From contig JBEUKZ010000126.1 in assembly GCA_048128005.1 (NCBI GenBank), forward strand, positions 186,001 to 213,065: a stretch of DNA of 27,065 bases, in the 5' to 3' direction. This DNA comes from Veleropilina oligotropha (Eukaryota). Both the position numbers and the translations under genes were made by a program. Under the pieces are notes generated by a model, which saw only the letters and a list, made by a program, of their open reading frames with translations, searched no databases and was not told where the DNA came from. Below are positions 22,259 to 27,065 of this stretch, piece by piece; position 1 is the first letter of the stretch; each line of letters begins with the position of its first letter.

Positions 22259-22862
22259 ACGATTTCCGCACACCAAGGACCCCCACTCCGCAATCATCTG
22301 CGGCCAGACGGGCTGTGGGAAGACGGTTTTCATGCTTGAACTGCTGGAAGGGGAGTATCGAGGCGTCTTCCGGCATATCGTGGTCCTCTGCCCCACGATC
22401 AAGTACAACAAAGCATACCAGTCTTGTCCGTGGATCTGGACCGACCCTGAGGTGTATTTAGTCCCCCCGGGTGAGCGACTCCATGACTGGCTGCGGGGGT
22501 TCTACCGACTGTTTCAGGGGGAATCAACTTTATATATCATCGACGACTGCGCCGCGAGCAAGGCTATGGCAAAGAGGAGGGACATGCTGACTTTGTTGGC
22601 CTTCAGCGGCAGGCATGCTTCCCAGAGCATATGGGTAGTGACGCAAAAGTACAACTCGGTCTTGAAGGAGCTCAGAGAGCAGACCCGCTGGGTCGCGCTG
22701 TTCCATTGCAAGGACCGCGACAGTTTCGAGGACTGTCTGCGCGAGAACGATGTAATCCCGTCGCAGGATGAACGGACCGAGGTTCGCCGGCTGTTGGCCG
22801 AGACACGACACGCTAAGCTTCTGTTGAAAACTGATCAGCCCGTTGCTTATAGTGTGCTATAG
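22230..22862 (+). CDS. A32-like (FtsK/HerA) genome-packaging ATPase
   Basis: Walker A GQTGCGKT, Walker B YIIDD, GRH arginine finger, and VVTQ motif. Confidence 0.93.
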   Translation: MADSSKHCTKRFPHTKDPHSAIICGQTGCGKTVFMLELLEGEYRGVFRHIVVLCPTIKYNKAYQSCPWIWTDPEVYLVPPGERLHDWLRGFYRLFQGESTLYIIDDCAASKAMAKRRDMLTLLAFSGRHASQSIWVVTQKYNSVLKELREQTRWVALFHCKDRDSFEDCLRENDVIPSQDERTEVRRLLAETRHAKLLLKTDQPVAYSVL

Positions 22863-22873
22863 CTACCCAGCAG

Positions 22874-23659
22874 ATGCTAAGTAGCTGCCCAGCAAGCTCT
22901 CGCATGTCGGACGCTGTATATCTAGCTTTTGCTTTCAGCCAGAGCCTGATCTTGCTCCTACTCGCTACATTGTGGTATTGGATTTACAGTTATATTAGAC
23001 CGGTGAGGCGATGCTGGAAACGCTTCAGGATGGACAGCCTCATCGATCAACTCATGGATGACGAACAAGAAACGACCATCAACAGCTGTCGCTTGACTCC
23101 CGATGGCAAGGAACCTGTCAGTAACAGTGGAGTCGCAAGTTCCGTTTGCGCGGCAAAGCGTGAGAGGCTTGCAGCCTTAGCCGTTGGAGGACAGGCCCAC
23201 CGATACATGGGGCGTAACCTCACAGTGGACCGGATAGACGACATGACTGACGACGAGGTCGAAAAGCACCACGCGAGGTATGAAGCGAAACTCGGTGCCG
23301 ATGTGACGAAGACTCTGGGGACTTCAGCTATTCATCTCTACGCGGGGGCAGCTGGGATGTTCCTGCCCATTCCACCAGCAAACCAGCTACGACTGATCGC
23401 CGACCTGGAGGCCGACCCGTTCATCTCACATGCCCTGACCACTGCAAGCTGTGAGCTGTATTATAAATATGGCATGTACCTCGCACCGCTGACCGCAGCA
23501 TTGACCACGGCTAAGCACTGCCAATTTGGACATGTTTGCCCGCCTAAGATACCAGATCAAGATGACAACGCCGGAAGTGGACCAAGTGATCGAGAGACAG
23601 CCGATCGAGAGCCAGCCGATAGAGAGGGTGACTTCTTCGACGGACTCATCAGTGAGTAA
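22874..23659 (+). CDS. Viral hypothetical protein with N-terminal hydrophobic segment
   Basis: 261 aa intact ORF in the gene block. The start could be a later Met. Confidence 0.7.
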   Translation: MLSSCPASSRMSDAVYLAFAFSQSLILLLLATLWYWIYSYIRPVRRCWKRFRMDSLIDQLMDDEQETTINSCRLTPDGKEPVSNSGVASSVCAAKRERLAALAVGGQAHRYMGRNLTVDRIDDMTDDEVEKHHARYEAKLGADVTKTLGTSAIHLYAGAAGMFLPIPPANQLRLIADLEADPFISHALTTASCELYYKYGMYLAPLTAALTTAKHCQFGHVCPPKIPDQDDNAGSGPSDRETADREPADREGDFFDGLISE

Positions 23660-24053
23660 AAAGGACCCGAAAAAAGTGGCTGCAGGGAGGGCCGGCGCTG
23701 CTGCTCGAAAAGCCAAGCAGGAGAAGCTACTGGCCGCGGTTCGAAAAATGAAAGAAGACCTGAGTGCCCCAACAAGTGTTGTCGTTCCATCAGAACAGCC
23801 CGGGGAGGCGGTTCCAGCCGCAGAAAGACCGCGTGCGCCAGATACACGGAAATCGGACCTATTTAATTGGACCCAGGTAGCCGTCGCTGCCGGTACGGTT
23901 GCGTTGGTATTTGTTGTCTGGAAGACGTCCTCAGAACGCAGCAACCCTGGTCCATCCACACCACATCAACAGCCACCAGACGCGGACGCTAGGCAGCCTC
24001 GGGCCGCCCCCACTATCGAATTGAAGAAGCAGAACCCTTTTCATATGCAATAG
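23562..24053 (+). CDS. Viral hypothetical protein, basic helix plus one TM segment
   Basis: Probable start MTTPEV. Basic motif KKDPKKVAAGRAGAAARKAK. TM segment VAVAAGTVALVFVVW. Confidence 0.7.
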   Translation: MTTPEVDQVIERQPIESQPIERVTSSTDSSVSKKDPKKVAAGRAGAAARKAKQEKLLAAVRKMKEDLSAPTSVVVPSEQPGEAVPAAERPRAPDTRKSDLFNWTQVAVAAGTVALVFVVWKTSSERSNPGPSTPHQQPPDADARQPRAAPTIELKKQNPFHMQ

Positions 24054-24078
24054 TCGCAAACGGTACTAATCAACAGTT

Positions 24079-24318
24079 ATGACTACCCCAATCACTGATG
24101 GAAAGATGCTCGGCAACGCTGTATACCACGCCGCTATAGTGTCAGGCCTCGCCATAGGCTACGCACGCCTGACAAAGATGGTATTCAAGGGAGCGAGCCC
24201 CAAACTGGACTTCACGGGCTACGATGTCGGGATGGTCGTCCTCGACGTAGCGCTCGCCATGGCGACGAAAGACATGCTGATCAAGCAAGGCATCATTCCG
24301 GCCGATATATTGAAGTAG
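24079..24318 (+). CDS. Small hydrophobic viral protein, 79 aa
   Basis: Co-oriented ORF filling the gap, with two hydrophobic helices. Confidence 0.72.
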   Translation: MTTPITDGKMLGNAVYHAAIVSGLAIGYARLTKMVFKGASPKLDFTGYDVGMVVLDVALAMATKDMLIKQGIIPADILK

Positions 24319-24349
24319 TGGGACCTTGCTAGATAATCGCAGCATTTCA

Positions 24350-24778
24350 ATGGCTTCCATTGCGATGCTGGTTGGGGGCGCTCTCGTCAACGCCCTCGCC
24401 TTCAGCGGCTCCAACTTCCTCTTCTCGAAGCTACGCAGCTCCGGTGTCGATGCGGAGCGTAAACGCCACGACATTGCTGTAGAACAGCTCAACGCTGCTC
24501 AGACTAAATGGTCACAACAGAGGGCAGAGCGTCTCGACTGGCTGAACGTTGAACTTCGCCGCCAGGGTCATGCCGTTGGCACATTCCGGGATGTTGACGC
24601 CGCGATCCGTGAGTATGCATTGATCACCGGCAAGAACCTTGACCCTGGCCTGGGGGGTGGCCCTGAGCCCGCCCTGTCTGACTACTACACACCGAGCGAT
24701 GGCCAGAAGGGACGTGAGATCACCTTCATCATCCTGGGGATGGCTGCGACCGGGTTAATCGCCTACAAGCTCGCCTAA
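24350..24778 (+). CDS. Viral protein with N- and C-terminal hydrophobic segments
   Basis: First ATG gives MASIAMLVGGALVNALAFSG. Central coiled coil. C-terminal ITFIILGMAATGLIAY. Confidence 0.75.
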   Translation: MASIAMLVGGALVNALAFSGSNFLFSKLRSSGVDAERKRHDIAVEQLNAAQTKWSQQRAERLDWLNVELRRQGHAVGTFRDVDAAIREYALITGKNLDPGLGGGPEPALSDYYTPSDGQKGREITFIILGMAATGLIAYKLA

Positions 24779-24818
24779 TTATTTCCAGTGGACATTTTTT
24801 TCGTTGGCATGTATAGTA

Positions 24819-25040
24819 ATGGGGCTCCCAGAAGAGCTGTACTGCGCTATGCTTGCGGTCGGCTATAGTACTACGTTACTCGACTGCTGGCGCCGCGACG
24901 AAAAGACTATGGTGCGGTTCGCGGTCCTGGTGCTCTCGGGCCCGACCAACCTACGGGCGACGACTGCGCAGCGACCGGCTCCGGAAGCTGAAGCCTGTTG
25001 GAGACTGATCAGTTTACTGGAATACATTGCTGATGGATAG
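24819..25040 (+). CDS. Small viral hypothetical protein
   Basis: Fills the gap before the integrase and overlaps its ATG. No recognisable motif. Confidence 0.4.
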   Translation: MGLPEELYCAMLAVGYSTTLLDCWRRDEKTMVRFAVLVLSGPTNLRATTAQRPAPEAEACWRLISLLEYIADG

Positions 25041-26031
25041 TAAGCTTGCGAGGATGTACTACAGCCCTAAGGGCTACTGGAAAGGCATTGCCGCGATAAA
25101 GAAACTAGCTGACGCTGCCAAGGCGTCTGAAGTGGAGGCCCGGACATGGCTTAAGAGGCAGGCTATATGGCAGATCTATTTACCTGCGCCACGGCGGATT
25201 CCAAGACCAAAATTCGACGTCGTAACGCCAAACGAGGTTCACCAAGCCGACCTCCTGTTTCTCCCCCATGACAAGGTCAGACACAAGACCTATAAGTACG
25301 CTTTGACTGTGGTTGATGTGGCCAGTCGCTTTAAAGAGGCTGAGCCTCTGGTCACAAAAGAGGCCAAAGGGGTTGCTGAAGCACTAGCCCGAATCTACAG
25401 GCGGAGTCCTCTTGGCTGGCCGAAACTGCTTCAAGTCGATCCAGGGCGAGAGTTTATGGGCGCGGTTTCCCAGCTGCTGGCAAAGAATAACGTCGAGGTT
25501 AGGCGTGGCCGTGTGGATATCCATCGCGATCAGGGCATTGTGGAGCGCTTCAACCGGACGCTCGCTGAGCGGCTCTTCGGGCACCAGTATGCAACAGAGA
25601 TGCGGTTTGCAGAGTCTGCGAAAGAGGGTCAAAGGTCAACTGAGTGGGTCGCCCGGTTAGCAGCTGTAGTTGCGGCCTTGAATGGGGAAGTGACCAGGCT
25701 GACCGGTAAAAAGCCCAAGGACGCCATCAAGGCACCTCGCGTTGCCCAAAAGCCAGGCGCCACTGTTCCAGGCCGACAGGGGAAGGAACAGAAACTCCCC
25801 TCTGACGTAGATGTTCGCTACCTTTACTACGATGGTGAGCTGGAGGGGGGTCATCGCCGTGCTACTGACCCGGTGTGGTCTCTAAAAGTTTACAGGCTTG
25901 GACGCTCCGTCACTAAGCCTGACGAGCCTGTGCTCTACTACTTGCTGGATGGACCACCGCGTGGCTTCGTTCGTGAGGAACTTCTCGTGGTGCCTCGTGA
26001 TACCCAGCTGCCGCCGGTTCTCAGGCGTTAA
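25033..26031 (+). CDS. Polinton-type retroviral-like (rve) integrase
   Basis: N-terminal YYSP.GY motif. DDE triad in HQADLLF, LQVDPGREF and GIVERFNRTL. C-terminal YYL...RGFVREELL. No chromodomain tail. Confidence 0.93.
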   Translation: MDSKLARMYYSPKGYWKGIAAIKKLADAAKASEVEARTWLKRQAIWQIYLPAPRRIPRPKFDVVTPNEVHQADLLFLPHDKVRHKTYKYALTVVDVASRFKEAEPLVTKEAKGVAEALARIYRRSPLGWPKLLQVDPGREFMGAVSQLLAKNNVEVRRGRVDIHRDQGIVERFNRTLAERLFGHQYATEMRFAESAKEGQRSTEWVARLAAVVAALNGEVTRLTGKKPKDAIKAPRVAQKPGATVPGRQGKEQKLPSDVDVRYLYYDGELEGGHRRATDPVWSLKVYRLGRSVTKPDEPVLYYLLDGPPRGFVREELLVVPRDTQLPPVLRR

Positions 26032-27065
26032 CAACCGCAAATCCTCGTTTCCGGTTACATTCCAGACACGTTAAGCGCACGTTGTCGCGGGTGTGGCCCC
26101 TGCTGTTGTCCACACGGTCGACACTGAACTGCTGTGTGTCCTTCGGGGAATATGCCCAGAGCAGCTCTATGTTGCATGCTGCGCAGCGGTTGTTTTGGGC
26201 CTCTCTGAGCCGCAGGATGTCGTCGACCTTGAGGTTAAACCCCGGGAGTCCCGTTGCCTGGTCCTGGCGTTTGTACGCCACAAGCTTTTTCTGGATGGTC
26301 TTTCGGAGCTGTTGCTCGGTTTGGGGTGCTTGGGGGGGCCTGTCCTCAGAACCCTCATCCGGTGGACAGGTTACCCGTTCGAGCTGACGCAGCAGCTCCA
26401 CCCGGGACACGGCTAGGTAGGCGAGATTACTCCACTGAAGGTAGTCGTCGATGATCCAGACTTTCTGTGGGTCGTGAATCGTAAGACCCTGGCTCGAATG
26501 GATGGTGAGAGCATAGCCCAGGCGCCAATCCGGGGTCAGGATAGCCTGCTCAGCGGCCTCAATGGTGACCTCGACGACGTCGTTCAGAACTAGCTCCTCT
26601 CTGTCGCTGGTGCCCGGAATGGTTACCATGATGTTCTGTTTTCTGCTGTCCCTGGGGTGGTACAGGATAGGCACCATGGAGTCTGGGAAGTGCTCCTTGT
26701 GCCTCTGGAGCAACAGCTCTTGAGCTCGTTCGCGGACCTTCTGACGGCTTGTGAGGATTAGGTCGCCTGGCTTCCAGGTGTTGACGAACCGGTCCCATCC
26801 GAGGCAGCTGGGGAGGGTCCGTCGCATCTCGTCGCACTGGACTTTGTCGGGCTGGAGACGGATACGTCTTTTCAGGGCTTGGAGGGCGGGGTCGTCTTTC
26901 GCCCTGTAGTCTACTTCGATCTCTTCATAGTAGTCCGCGGTCTTTCGCAGCCAATCGTGCGGCATCTCGCCCGTAATCGGTGGTGGCTGGCCTTGATCAC
27001 CACAGCAGATAACCTGCACTTCGTGGCGGCCCAGCCAGTCCAAGAACATCTCTAGGATGTGCCGG
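26021..27065 (-). CDS. SF1B (RecD/Pif1-like) helicase C-terminal half fused to an HNH/endonuclease-VII-like Zn domain; 5'-truncated by the window
   Basis: Motifs III GDQGQPPP, IV YRAKD, V YALTIHSSQGLT and VI YLAVSRV, then CAAC...SVDRVDNSRGHTRDNVRLTCLECN. The frame stays open to the window edge, and Walker A/B are not in the window. Confidence 0.88.
   Translation of the reverse strand, partial: RHILEMFLDWLGRHEVQVICCGDQGQPPPITGEMPHDWLRKTADYYEEIEVDYRAKDDPALQALKRRIRLQPDKVQCDEMRRTLPSCLGWDRFVNTWKPGDLILTSRQKVRERAQELLLQRHKEHFPDSMVPILYHPRDSRKQNIMVTIPGTSDREELVLNDVVEVTIEAAEQAILTPDWRLGYALTIHSSQGLTIHDPQKVWIIDDYLQWSNLAYLAVSRVELLRQLERVTCPPDEGSEDRPPQAPQTEQQLRKTIQKKLVAYKRQDQATGLPGFNLKVDDILRLREAQNNRCAACNIELLWAYSPKDTQQFSVDRVDNSRGHTRDNVRLTCLECNRKRGFAVVNA

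Larger units (their letters stand above)
14764..27065. mobile_element. Endogenous Polinton-like / adintovirus-related dsDNA virus (left part; continues off the window)
   Basis: Intronless, GC-richer, densely packed ORFs for minor capsid, major capsid, A32 ATPase, rve integrase and SF1 helicase, preceded by a repeat-rich non-coding end. The left boundary is inferred from AGT at 14764 followed by a hairpin. Confidence 0.9.

Noticed and set aside
16689..26837. Numerous 65-180 aa ORFs nested in or antisense to the viral genes
   Set aside because: Expected shadow ORFs in GC-rich coding DNA, with no recognisable motifs.
16084..27065. Bacterial prophage or contamination
   Set aside because: The rve integrase, A32 ATPase and penton set is Polinton-type, starts are Kozak-like without evident Shine-Dalgarno sites, and the block is contiguous with a spliced animal gene.

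Overview
Animal (probably invertebrate) genomic DNA with two compartments. Positions 1 to about 14.76 kb are AT-rich host sequence. They hold the six 5' coding exons of a minus-strand FYCO1-like gene (RUN domain, GT-AG junctions, all phases consistent). They also hold several non-autonomous DNA transposons (TIR/TSD-defined, partly nested), a 0.6-kb foldback, and a frameshifted KRBA2/SCAND3-like integrase relic. From about 14.76 kb to the window end lies the left part of an apparently intact endogenous Polinton-like/adintovirus-related dsDNA virus. It starts with a hairpin and repeat-rich non-coding end, followed by a GC-richer, intronless, tightly packed gene block. That block encodes a penton-like minor capsid protein, a probable major capsid protein, an A32-type packaging ATPase, an rve integrase, an SF1 helicase fused to an HNH-type nuclease (running off the window), about seven hydrophobic proteins, and a secreted cysteine-rich protein with IL-17/cystine-knot-like spacing. 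No pPolB or adenain protease is visible in the window. All family assignments come from motif recognition by eye; no database searches were run.
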